Assembly: GCA_029547205.1 (NCBI GenBank) | Contig: JAKPPT010000092.1 | Span: 24,626 to 88,625 of the forward strand | Length of the DNA: 64,000 nt | Origin: Spirochaetota bacterium | GTDB taxonomy: Bacteria > Spirochaetota > Spirochaetia > Treponematales > UBA12059 | Direction: 5' to 3' | Shown: positions 30,596 through 39,774 of the stretch, in pieces | Layout: each line of letters begins with the position of its first letter | Position numbering within the stretch: the stretch's first letter is position 1 | Translations under genes and position numbers: made by a program | The notes under the pieces: model-generated | What the model was told of the DNA's origin: nothing | The model's input: only the letters and a program-made list of their open reading frames with translations | The model's database searches: none

Positions 30596-31540
30596 CTATA
30601 ACTTCCGCTGCTTATTTATTGATGAACCCTCGAGCCTATTGAGTACGCGGTACGTAATAAAACCAATAATTACCATAGCTATTGAAAATAAACCATATGC
30701 AATTGGCCACCCCCACTGCTCTGTCATCATAGAATACTCGGACATGCCTCCAATACCTGCAATGAGATTTAACGGCAAGAAAATTATATTAATAATTGTT
30801 AACCTTTTTATAAGATTATTCATATTATTATTGACAATCGAACCACGTGCATCCATAAGGCCTGTAAAAACCTGCGAATATATTTCTGTTTGCCTTGCTG
30901 CCTGATCGACTTCAATGAGAATATCTTCCATATAATCGATATCACCTACATTTTGTTTTTCCATCCATCCATTAAGCTTTACTAAAACGGACTTATTGCT
31001 ATTTATAGCATCAAGATAATAAATAAGAATTTCGCTCAAATTAAACATCTGCAAAAGATATTCATTACCCATAGATGTATTAATTTTTTCCTGGATTTCC
31101 TTTGATAACATTTTAATTACTCTCAGATGCTCTACAAAATGCTTTATCGTACGCTCTATTACCACCATGACTACATCATACGGATCATCGATACTCAGGT
31201 TTAAGGAGCCAGTAAAAAATTCTTTGTCTTCACTGGTAATTAAAATCACATGCTTTTTTACCACAAAAATTCCCATTGTTGACACATTAAAGCTTTTAAT
31301 TTCTTTTAAATTAAAATTAGTAGGAAGTTTCCAGATTATAGAAAGAATACCGTCTTCATATTCCATTCGTGGTACTTCATCCGGATCAAGTGCAGAAGCG
31401 ATTGTGTGAGGATCAAGTTTATAGAGAGTAATAAGTTCATCCATTTCTTCCTGACTCATAGCATAGTAATGGAATATCTTCCCCTTTTGAGATGGTGTGA
31501 TGGTATGCACGTTTGCCTGGTATTGCTTTTTCATTTTCAA
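30596..31540 (-). CDS. CorA-family divalent metal transporter with GMS in place of GMN
   Basis: 314 aa. Cytoplasmic domain plus two C-terminal TM helices. The loop reads IAGIGGMSEYSMM. Confidence 0.7.
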   Translation of the reverse strand: MKMKKQYQANVHTITPSQKGKIFHYYAMSQEEMDELITLYKLDPHTIASALDPDEVPRMEYEDGILSIIWKLPTNFNLKEIKSFNVSTMGIFVVKKHVILITSEDKEFFTGSLNLSIDDPYDVVMVVIERTIKHFVEHLRVIKMLSKEIQEKINTSMGNEYLLQMFNLSEILIYYLDAINSNKSVLVKLNGWMEKQNVGDIDYMEDILIEVDQAARQTEIYSQVFTGLMDARGSIVNNNMNNLIKRLTIINIIFLPLNLIAGIGGMSEYSMMTEQWGWPIAYGLFSIAMVIIGFITYRVLNRLEGSSINKQRKL

Positions 31541-31543
31541 TTC

Positions 31544-32428
31544 CTATTGAATTAATATTGCAAGAATTTTATCATTTTTCTTCCAGTTGGGCTCTACTCG
31601 TACCTGCAATGAAAGTTTAACAGCATATGGGAAAATAAGCGCTAACTCTTTTTCCGATTCCTCCCGGATTCTCTGTATCATTTTCCCGGCAGCTCCGATA
31701 ACAATGCCCTTTTGAGATTCGCGTTCTACCACAATATTTCCCGAATATACTAGCGTACCATCTTTCTGAAAATGATGCTGTTCATACTCAACAAAGACTG
31801 CATGAGGAATTTCTTCACGGAGATTTCTGAATATTTTTTCTCTGATAATTTCTGCTATTCTAAAAACAGGTTCTTGATCGGTATAAACATCTTCGGGATA
31901 ATAGAGAGGACATTCTGGTGCTCGCTGCATAATGTCTACCAGTAATTCATTTACACCTTTTACTTCCAATGCTGATATTTCGTATACCTGTACATTGGGT
32001 ATATATTCTGCTAAAAAATTACGAGTACGAATTGTATCTGCACGTGAGTGATCAATTTTATTAATTACCGCAATGACTTTAGGTTGATATTGCACCAGTT
32101 GTTTCACTATGTATGCTTCTTCTTTTCCAGGTTCTCGTGCAGCATCAACAATATATAAAATGAAATCAGCATCCTTAAGCTGTTCAAGCGCAATTTCTTT
32201 AAGCTTTTGGTTAAGTTTTTTTTCTGAATCATGTATACCTGGTGTATCGACAAAAACAAGTTGAGCATTATCTCTCGTCACAATGCCTCGAATTGCATTA
32301 CGTGTGGTTTGAGGAACTGATGATACAATTGCAACTTTTCCGCCACAAACAGCATTGAGAAATGTCGATTTACCGCAAGAAGGACGCCCAACAATTGCAA
32401 CAAATGCCGATTTTGTTTTTACTGCCAC
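31544..32428 (-). CDS. era: GTPase Era
   Basis: GRPSCGKST, DTPG and NKID motifs plus a C-terminal KH domain. Confidence 0.9.
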   Translation of the reverse strand: MAVKTKSAFVAIVGRPSCGKSTFLNAVCGGKVAIVSSVPQTTRNAIRGIVTRDNAQLVFVDTPGIHDSEKKLNQKLKEIALEQLKDADFILYIVDAAREPGKEEAYIVKQLVQYQPKVIAVINKIDHSRADTIRTRNFLAEYIPNVQVYEISALEVKGVNELLVDIMQRAPECPLYYPEDVYTDQEPVFRIAEIIREKIFRNLREEIPHAVFVEYEQHHFQKDGTLVYSGNIVVERESQKGIVIGAAGKMIQRIREESEKELALIFPYAVKLSLQVRVEPNWKKNDKILAILIQ

Positions 32429-32455
32429 AAATACTCCTTACACAAACTAATTACA

Positions 32456-33961
32456 TTAAATAATAGAGTAAATATCAATATCAGGGAATTTCTTTTCGGT
32501 AAATAATTCAAACTGAGCTACAGCCTGCCACTTGAGCATTGAAAGTCCATTCATAGTACGACAGCCAGCCTTTCGTGCGCGCTCCAGCATTGGTGTTTCT
32601 GCAGGGCTATAAATAGTATCAAAAACCATTTCAGTCCCCTTAAAATCATACCATTCAAGAGGGTCTCCTGGTTCACCACCATTCATTCCAACCGGTGTCG
32701 CCTGTATGATAAGATCATTATATTCATTTACTAAGTTGACCGCATGTTCGGTAATACCAGCCCAGGGAAATCCATATGTCTCTGCAAGTTTTCTTGCTTT
32801 ATTCATATTACGATTAATGATGCAGGCTTTCCCACCTAATTTATGAATCACATACGCAATAGCACGAGCTGCACCACCAGCACCAACAATTGTTGTGCTC
32901 ATTGAAGACAAATCAGGACTACCCGTAAACTCTATAATAGCCTTTTCAAAACCATACCCATCAGTATTATATCCAATTAACCCTTGTTTGGTTCGTATTA
33001 CGGTATTGCAAGCCCCGATTTCCTTAACTTCCGGAGAATATTCTGAAAGATAATGAATTATTTTTTCTTTATGCGGCACAGTTACTGAAAAACCATGAAT
33101 ATTTAAAAAATCTGCAAGACTTAGAAAATTCTCAATAGAATCGACCGGGAATGGCAGATAAACCGCATTTTCATCGCAAAGCGCAAACCCAGCATTATGA
33201 AAATATGGTGATAAAGAATTTACAACAGCAGCGCTCCCAATAATGCCATATATTCGCTTATGAATAATATGCTGATTAATTCTGTAAATTTTAACCAATA
33301 TTTCGGGATCTAGCTGTCCTGGTGCAGCAAGCGGTAGTCCAGCATGCGATGCGCTTGCATACATGAGCATGCTGCCAGTTATATCAGTGAGAATTCTCGT
33401 ACAAAAACCATAGCTTCCCATTCCCACAATAATTCTATGTTCACCTTTTGGCCGTGCTGAAAAATATCTAAGAATTTTTTCTGTATCGGAAATTGATTCC
33501 GTCAGGACAGAGAGTTTTGGTATTTCTAAATGATTTTCTGAAATTTTTTTCCAGATAGCATCAATATCATCTGGGAAACTATGAGCATGATATGATCGTA
33601 TCACCTTTGTCCCGAACGTGCAGGTAGCTTCCTGAAGAGCTGGAGCATACATATCATGTTCAATATCGACATAAGAAAAATTTTTTGATTTATCATTACT
33701 TGCAAAAGCCAATGCTTTTGCAATAATTACAAGCCGTACAGCTTCTCCTTCTTTGAACTGACCCCCGTCTGAATACCGTCTTACCGTGAGTATACTAGGT
33801 ATATGAGCTAACTCAGGAAAACGGCGAATATAAAAATATTCTTCAGGCCTTAAAAAATCAACTCTCAGCTCGACAAGATCGATAATCGATCGATACCGTT
33901 CAAGCACCTTGAGGTTTTCTTCTATTGTTGGTGCCGTCAAACATAGGCACAGCTTAGCCAC
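32456..33961 (-). CDS. aroDE: Bifunctional 3-dehydroquinate dehydratase (type I) / shikimate 5-dehydrogenase
   Basis: 501 aa. N-terminal DHQase-I-like half. C-terminal YGIIGS...SLSP, NTDGYGF and GAGGAARA. Confidence 0.85.
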   Translation of the reverse strand: MAKLCLCLTAPTIEENLKVLERYRSIIDLVELRVDFLRPEEYFYIRRFPELAHIPSILTVRRYSDGGQFKEGEAVRLVIIAKALAFASNDKSKNFSYVDIEHDMYAPALQEATCTFGTKVIRSYHAHSFPDDIDAIWKKISENHLEIPKLSVLTESISDTEKILRYFSARPKGEHRIIVGMGSYGFCTRILTDITGSMLMYASASHAGLPLAAPGQLDPEILVKIYRINQHIIHKRIYGIIGSAAVVNSLSPYFHNAGFALCDENAVYLPFPVDSIENFLSLADFLNIHGFSVTVPHKEKIIHYLSEYSPEVKEIGACNTVIRTKQGLIGYNTDGYGFEKAIIEFTGSPDLSSMSTTIVGAGGAARAIAYVIHKLGGKACIINRNMNKARKLAETYGFPWAGITEHAVNLVNEYNDLIIQATPVGMNGGEPGDPLEWYDFKGTEMVFDTIYSPAETPMLERARKAGCRTMNGLSMLKWQAVAQFELFTEKKFPDIDIYSII

Positions 33962-33988
33962 CTACTTCTCCTTAATAATTAAATATCA

Positions 33989-34531
33989 TTAAATATCCGA
34001 ACGGTATAAAAAAAGTGCAACTATTTTGCCATCATGATCGGTTAAAGCGCGCAAGCGCATTGGCCAGCTTTCAAAAGGCATTACCCACTCTGTATATTGA
34101 TTTTCTTGAACTTTTGGGAGCCCAAATAGTGTTACTGCCATATCGACAGATGAGCCTATTACGATCCCCATAAAGGGCTGACGATACCCTGAACCTATTC
34201 GTAATTTCCATACCCGATCTTTATATATGTAAAATGACAAACCATTTTTATAATTAAAAACAATATCATCCTGCCATGGTTCAATACCACGAACAGCAGT
34301 AACAGAAACTGGCACACCAAACGAAACAAGCAATTCCTGCAGTGTCATACCAATAAGCTTTATAGGTGCTTCCTGCAATTTTTGCAAAGCTTCTGGAAGC
34401 GGATCAGGTGGCAACACAGACATTGTATTAACATTAGAAACATTCTGTGGTTGAGCAAGGAGTGTCCCCACAGAGCTAAAAACAAGAGATGCAAGTAGTA
34501 TAGTTGCTACACGTTTATACTGAAAAATCAT
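33989..34531 (-). CDS. Secreted hypothetical protein
   Basis: 180 aa with an N-terminal signal peptide. Confidence 0.45.
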   Translation of the reverse strand: MIFQYKRVATILLASLVFSSVGTLLAQPQNVSNVNTMSVLPPDPLPEALQKLQEAPIKLIGMTLQELLVSFGVPVSVTAVRGIEPWQDDIVFNYKNGLSFYIYKDRVWKLRIGSGYRQPFMGIVIGSSVDMAVTLFGLPKVQENQYTEWVMPFESWPMRLRALTDHDGKIVALFLYRSDI

Positions 34532-34588
34532 ATAATAATACTGTAACTGAGAGCATGAATTAGTGCAAGAGTGCTCATATAGCAGCTA

Positions 34589-35350
34589 CTATGCAGCTCG
34601 GGGAGGTTTTATCGGCCTATCATCCCGCATCAGTGTATAAAAAAGTATTTTTTCTATTGCAGATACTGTGAGTGGCTTTATTTTTGAGAGTTTTTCATAC
34701 CCCTGAAGCCGAAAAGCATAATCGCTCATTACAGGTATTTCAGAAGCAGACTCCTGAAGTTCAAGCATAGTAAGCGATTGCCTGTTACTGAACGAATGTT
34801 GGCTCATAGTATTCATTGGTTGTCCGCACTTGCCTTTTAATACTTTACAGGGGCTAAATCGTACTATTCCGTCTTTATCTCTGTCCCCAGCTGCACCAAA
34901 AAGCCTACAAATCAAAGGTCGTCCACTATAAATCATACAAAAGTGAGGCCCATCATTTGAACGAAAAGGACACCCTCTAGCATCATTATTAAAGTTGGGG
35001 AAAATTCTTTCCAAAAGCGCAATTACAGAATATTGTTTTTCTAACTCAGGATACAATGCGCTACTCAGCATAGCATCGTCATGATAATTCTTTTGCCTTT
35101 TACTAAGAGAAGATTCAAACAACGAAAATCTCTCCCAGTGTTCAAACAGTATGCTCACAGCAGTAAATACTGCCTCCTGTTCTGTGACATCAGGATTATA
35201 TTCATTGCAGCATACACCACAGTTTGGAATACAGGATGTCGATGCACTTAAAACCTTTTGTGCACCGAGAAGATCCTCATACACCTTATCGACCAGGAGA
35301 AATTGATCAAGATAATAGGGTTGCAAAAGTATTTTAGCCCATGTTTTCAT
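34589..35350 (-). CDS. Cys-cluster protein, YkgJ/UPF0153-like (putative Fe/Zn binding)
   Basis: 253 aa with CIPNCGVCC plus further Cys residues. Confidence 0.4.
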   Translation of the reverse strand: MKTWAKILLQPYYLDQFLLVDKVYEDLLGAQKVLSASTSCIPNCGVCCNEYNPDVTEQEAVFTAVSILFEHWERFSLFESSLSKRQKNYHDDAMLSSALYPELEKQYSVIALLERIFPNFNNDARGCPFRSNDGPHFCMIYSGRPLICRLFGAAGDRDKDGIVRFSPCKVLKGKCGQPMNTMSQHSFSNRQSLTMLELQESASEIPVMSDYAFRLQGYEKLSKIKPLTVSAIEKILFYTLMRDDRPIKPPRAA

Positions 35351-35463
35351 CTTGCATGGTGATGTAGCAAAAATTAGTACCGTTAGTCAAGTAAACTCAT
35401 CTAGTGTGTCAACAGTAAACTGAGCTAGTGTCAGAAAACATGTACAAACTTCGTGACACCACG

Positions 35464-37398
35464 CTAGTTTTGCTCTAAAAAATGTTCACGGATAAAAGCA
35501 GCATATGCTGGCAACAACATAAGTTCTTCATGTGTACCAAAGCCGACTACCTTTCCTCTATCCAAGAACAGTATTTTGTCTACATACTGCAGCGTAGAGA
35601 GCCGGTGTGATACAATAATAAATGTCAGATTCTGTGCAAACGCATTGAGTTCATTCATGAGACGCTCTTCGTTTGCTGCATCAAGACTCGCTGTAATATC
35701 ATCAAAAACCATAAGCTCTGGTTTCCTGGCTATTGCGCGAGCTATAGCCATCCGCTGTTTTTGTCCACCAGAAAGACTTAAGCCTCGCTGTCCCACAACG
35801 GTAAGTTCTCTATCGGTAAAGTTAGCGACTTCATCGCTCATCTGGGATATACGTAAGGCTTGATTGAATACCGTGTCGTTCGGTTCATCAATAAAAAAAT
35901 CTATATTTTCCTTAAGCGTTCCAGAAAACAAAAGAGCTTCCTGCGGGACATACCCTATTTTTTTTGCATATGTTTCTGTATCGATTGCATCTAGCGGTAC
36001 GCCATTTATTTTTACCATACCTGAATCTGGAGGCAGCAAGCCGAGCAATACTTTAATGAGCGTCGATTTACCTGAGCCTACTGGACCAATAACCCCAAGT
36101 CGTTCACCCTTTGTTACTCTAAAACTTACCCCATCGAGCGCTTTTTCTACACGCCCCGGATAAGTGAACGATACTTCATTAAAATCGATTGTAGCTATAT
36201 CTATTGCTATTGTTTTCTCCTGAGGTGCGATACCTGGCACCGATACTCCGCCCTGCACCTGGATACCTGGCACCGGAACACTGCCCTCTAGCGGTACGTT
36301 GCCCTGCACCTGGATACCTGGCACCGATACGCCGCCCTGCACATGGATACCTGGCACCGGGTCCTTTTCCGAAGCGCTTTTTCCTGGTACCGGAAAGCTC
36401 GCCATCTCTTCCAGCCTATCAATATTTACAAAAGCTTTTTTGCCATATACGAAGAGCTGTGGTATATCCAGAATTGGATAAATGAGCATCATGAGGTATG
36501 TATAGAACGCATAAAACGTTCCGATGCTTATTTTTCCTCTCACCGCCATTAAGCCGCCGGCAAATACAATACCTACTTGAGCAACGAGGTCAATGTACTG
36601 ATAGATAAGGTGCAGAATCACATCGAGTTTTGCTGCAGTCATTTCGGTTTTCCAGCGTTTTTGCAACACCTCATTAAAAAACCTTCGATATTTATCCTCG
36701 CAGGCATACGCTTTGATAATTCGCACACCCGAAAAGCTCATTTCAAGCTGTTCATTGACCTCACTCACAGCTTTTTCGTTTTTCCTGTAAACATCATATA
36801 CCTTATCAGATGTTACCCAGAAGACTGCCAGCATGAGCGGCAAGGGAATGAGCGAAAAAAGCGTCAGCTTTGGACTAATGAGCATCATTGCAATGAGACA
36901 AAACAGCACTTTACTGATTGATTCCACTGCGCGAAAAATTCCTGAACACAAAAACCACGACAGCTTTGGAAAATCATAGAGATCGCTCGTCAGCCGTGTA
37001 ACAATATCACCCGTAGCAAATTCTGAAAAAAACTTATAATTCTTTTCAAGAATTTTCTTAAAAAATTTCATTCGGAGCAAATGTTCAAAAACAGAGTTTG
37101 TCATGCCACGTATTGCAGGAAAAAATGAGGCAATAAAACCACCAAATCCCACTGCAATTAAAAGCATTAAGAGTCTATCTATTTCCAACATCGGGTCGGT
37201 TGTGCCAGGATGCTCCAAAAGCCGTTGGATAGTATCAAGCAACAATTTAGAAATATATGGAAGCAACACCGCCACCGCACTCGAAATTAATGTGAGTACA
37301 AATAATAGTGCTACAAGTCCTTTTTTCTCACTCCAGAGTTTTCTAATCCAGGCAATATGATTAATGTTCAGCTGTTTGTAGTGTATTGTATCTGACAT
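35464..37398 (-). CDS. ABC exporter, fused permease/ATPase (MsbA-type), with repeat-derived linker insert
   Basis: Six-TM domain, then GPVGSGKST, LSGGQKQR and LMVFDD. ATG 37398 is preceded by GGAGGAGGAG. The linker carries VPGIHVQGGVSVPGIQVQG... repeats. Confidence 0.9.
   Translation of the reverse strand: MSDTIHYKQLNINHIAWIRKLWSEKKGLVALLFVLTLISSAVAVLLPYISKLLLDTIQRLLEHPGTTDPMLEIDRLLMLLIAVGFGGFIASFFPAIRGMTNSVFEHLLRMKFFKKILEKNYKFFSEFATGDIVTRLTSDLYDFPKLSWFLCSGIFRAVESISKVLFCLIAMMLISPKLTLFSLIPLPLMLAVFWVTSDKVYDVYRKNEKAVSEVNEQLEMSFSGVRIIKAYACEDKYRRFFNEVLQKRWKTEMTAAKLDVILHLIYQYIDLVAQVGIVFAGGLMAVRGKISIGTFYAFYTYLMMLIYPILDIPQLFVYGKKAFVNIDRLEEMASFPVPGKSASEKDPVPGIHVQGGVSVPGIQVQGNVPLEGSVPVPGIQVQGGVSVPGIAPQEKTIAIDIATIDFNEVSFTYPGRVEKALDGVSFRVTKGERLGVIGPVGSGKSTLIKVLLGLLPPDSGMVKINGVPLDAIDTETYAKKIGYVPQEALLFSGTLKENIDFFIDEPNDTVFNQALRISQMSDEVANFTDRELTVVGQRGLSLSGGQKQRMAIARAIARKPELMVFDDITASLDAANEERLMNELNAFAQNLTFIIVSHRLSTLQYVDKILFLDRGKVVGFGTHEELMLLPAYAAFIREHFLEQN
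36229..36393. repeat. In-CDS copies of GATACCTGGCACC (4 exact, 1 degenerate)
   Basis: Copies start at 36229, 36262, 36313 and 36346. Spacings are 33, 51 and 33 nt, all multiples of 3. Confidence 0.9.
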
Positions 37399-37421
37399 AG
37401 TCTCCTCCTCCCCTATAAAGC

Positions 37422-39215
37422 TCACGTTGCCTCATCAAGTTCTGCATCTGCAGAAAGATCAGGGAATTGCAGACGGACCAGTTCTTCATACTCAGAATAC
37501 TCTGCAAGCAACTCATGATGCTTTCCTCGTGCTGCTATTCTGCCATTTTTGAAAAAAAGAATTTCATCAGCAGTAAGTATTGAAGAAAGCCTGTGCGCCA
37601 CAATGATAGCCGTTCTACCTTTAAGAAGATCTTTCATGCTCCGTTGAATTTTCTTTTCTGTAACTACATCAACACTTGCGGTTGCTTCATCCATAATGAT
37701 AATATCCGCATTAAAAACAACCGCTCGTGCAAATGAAATGAGCTGCTTTTCACCCATCGATAGATTGCCACCTCGTTCTGCAAGTTCAGTGTACGCACCA
37801 TGAGGTAGCCGCCGAACAAAATCATCAGCATGAACCGTTTCCAATGCTTTGAAAACATCGAGTTCGGTAAACTTATCATTATATACGCGTACATTTTCAA
37901 GGACTGTCCCCGGGAATAAATATATATCCTGCAACACAAGTCCAATATGTTTCCGCCATTCATGTAAATCAAGTGATTCCAATCGTACGCCATCAACAAG
38001 AATCTCACCACTCGTATATGGGTAAAACCTGCAGAGGAGGCTTACAGTTGTTGTTTTACCGGAACCAGAAGGACCAACAAGTGCAATGGTCTGTCCCTTT
38101 TTTACAGTAAATGAGACATGATCAAGCACCGGTTCGCCTTCTTTATAAGCAAAGGAAACATCACGGAACTCAATTGCATGCTTAAATTCAGGTTTGTTTG
38201 TAGGCGTTGCCACTGCTTCTTCAGGTTCAAGGCTCATAATCGAAAAAATACGTTCCATTGCAACGCGAGCCTGCTGAATACTCCGTACATTTTCCCCAAT
38301 TGCAAACAAAGGTTCAAACAACCGCATCCCATATTCAATGAAAACCAAGAGTGTCCCTACGGTTAAAACTCCTTTAAAGATTTGCGGCGCTGTTAATTTA
38401 ATGATGAGTGTAAGAAACAGCGGCCCAGCTAAAAATTGCAGCCCGCCCATAAAGATATACTCGATAAGACCAGCCCGAATCTCGATATCACGTTTTTCTT
38501 TACTTACTTTTTCTAGCTTGGAAACAGCCTTCTCTGTTTTTTTAAACACCTGGAGAACTTCTATACCCTGCACAAACTCTGTCACCACAGCACACACTTC
38601 TGCATACTTTTTTCTCGCTTTTTCATAAAGTGGCCTCAATTTATCAAAAACAAGTAAAAATGCAGCGAGTAAAAACGGTATCGGAATAAAAATAATGCCA
38701 GCAAGTTTTGCATCAATAGTAATGAAAACAATAAACATTCCAATAAAATAGATAATATTGGTGATGAGCATGATTGCAGTTTCGCTAAAAAGCTGTTTAA
38801 CCCGCTCAGTATCATTTTCCACACGAGCCATAAGCTCGCCAACCTGATGCTTATCAAAATATGCAACAGGTAGAGTAACCATGTGTGCAAACAGATCTGA
38901 TTTTATATTTGTCACAACATTTAGTCCCAGACGAACCATAAGCATGCTTTCGAAGTATGTGATAACACCCATAAAAATCACGAGAGCAAAATAGAGAAAC
39001 GCATACTGCAGCATGAGACTAACATCTTTTTGTGGAATAGCCTTATCGATAATTGCCCGGAGAATGAGCGGACCTGCCAGTCTAGAAGCAGTCACCGCCA
39101 GGAGTGCTAGCAAACCCAGAGCAAACAGAAACCAATACGGCTTGAAATATGAAAAAAATCGCTTGAACACCAGCCTCTTGCTGATATTTGTGTTTTGAAC
39201 TTGTGCTTCTGACAT
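37422..39215 (-). CDS. ABC exporter, fused permease/ATPase (MsbA-type)
   Basis: GPSGSGKTT, LSMGEKQL and IIIMDEATA. I prefer ATG 39215 (MSEAQVQNT, preceded by GGAGA). The track's N-terminal 59 aa are read through repeat DNA. Confidence 0.85.
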   Translation of the reverse strand: MSEAQVQNTNISKRLVFKRFFSYFKPYWFLFALGLLALLAVTASRLAGPLILRAIIDKAIPQKDVSLMLQYAFLYFALVIFMGVITYFESMLMVRLGLNVVTNIKSDLFAHMVTLPVAYFDKHQVGELMARVENDTERVKQLFSETAIMLITNIIYFIGMFIVFITIDAKLAGIIFIPIPFLLAAFLLVFDKLRPLYEKARKKYAEVCAVVTEFVQGIEVLQVFKKTEKAVSKLEKVSKEKRDIEIRAGLIEYIFMGGLQFLAGPLFLTLIIKLTAPQIFKGVLTVGTLLVFIEYGMRLFEPLFAIGENVRSIQQARVAMERIFSIMSLEPEEAVATPTNKPEFKHAIEFRDVSFAYKEGEPVLDHVSFTVKKGQTIALVGPSGSGKTTTVSLLCRFYPYTSGEILVDGVRLESLDLHEWRKHIGLVLQDIYLFPGTVLENVRVYNDKFTELDVFKALETVHADDFVRRLPHGAYTELAERGGNLSMGEKQLISFARAVVFNADIIIMDEATASVDVVTEKKIQRSMKDLLKGRTAIIVAHRLSSILTADEILFFKNGRIAARGKHHELLAEYSEYEELVRLQFPDLSADAELDEAT

Positions 39216-39392
39216 ATCTTGTCTCCAAACCTGCATACGATGCGGCACAATGCGGTAATCGGCATATCTTGTCTCCAAACCTGCATACGATGCGGCACAA
39301 TGCGGTAATCGGTACCAGGTATCCAATGCATGCTGTAATTCTGTACCAGGTATTGTGCAGTACCAGGTGCCAGGTTTTCTTAAATCTAGCAT
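39213..39392. repeat. 50-bp tandem duplication (x2) followed by four degenerate core-motif copies
   Basis: Unit catatcttgtctccaaacctgcatacgatgcggcacaatgcggtaatcgg at 39213-39262 and 39263-39312. It is followed by GGTACCAGGTATC, TGTACCAGGTATT and AGTACCAGGTGCCAGGTTTTC. Confidence 0.85.
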
Positions 39393-39774
39393 AGTATTAA
39401 AATAGTTTCAACGTTCAAGTAGTTTGAACGTCCCCTGCCATATGACTCAGTGGCATTAGTTCATTAGTGCGAGTTTCTCGATGTACCTTAAAATGGGGAT
39501 AGACCTGCAGCGATACTTCTATAATGTAGGGCTCCATGCTCATCATTGAAGCGCTTGGATAATAGAAGGGAATACATAGGGAAACTCCTGCATTCCTGTA
39601 TCTGACTCTGTATCTGCAGCTCTGTGTCTCATCCTGAATCTGCTGTCCTGTAAAGTACCGTACATTATTAAAAACCAGTCTAATTATTTTGTCCAAAAAA
39701 ATGGATAGTTAAATAGACTGGTTTAGCTATGGCTACTTACAGTTGCATGTAAAAAAAGCGTATTACGACGAAGC

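Noticed and set aside
39216-39392. 59-aa N-terminal extension of the ABC exporter (track start 39392)
   Set aside because: The extension is made entirely of tandem-duplicated and repeat DNA. A conventional ATG with an RBS at 39215 begins the conserved protein.
39415-39696. 93-aa ORF, or a riboswitch or ncRNA, in the 380-nt gap upstream of the ABC exporter operon
   Set aside because: There is no RBS, the composition is implausible, and I recognise no conserved riboswitch core. Only simple hairpins are visible (39417-39437; 39674-39724). I leave it unannotated.
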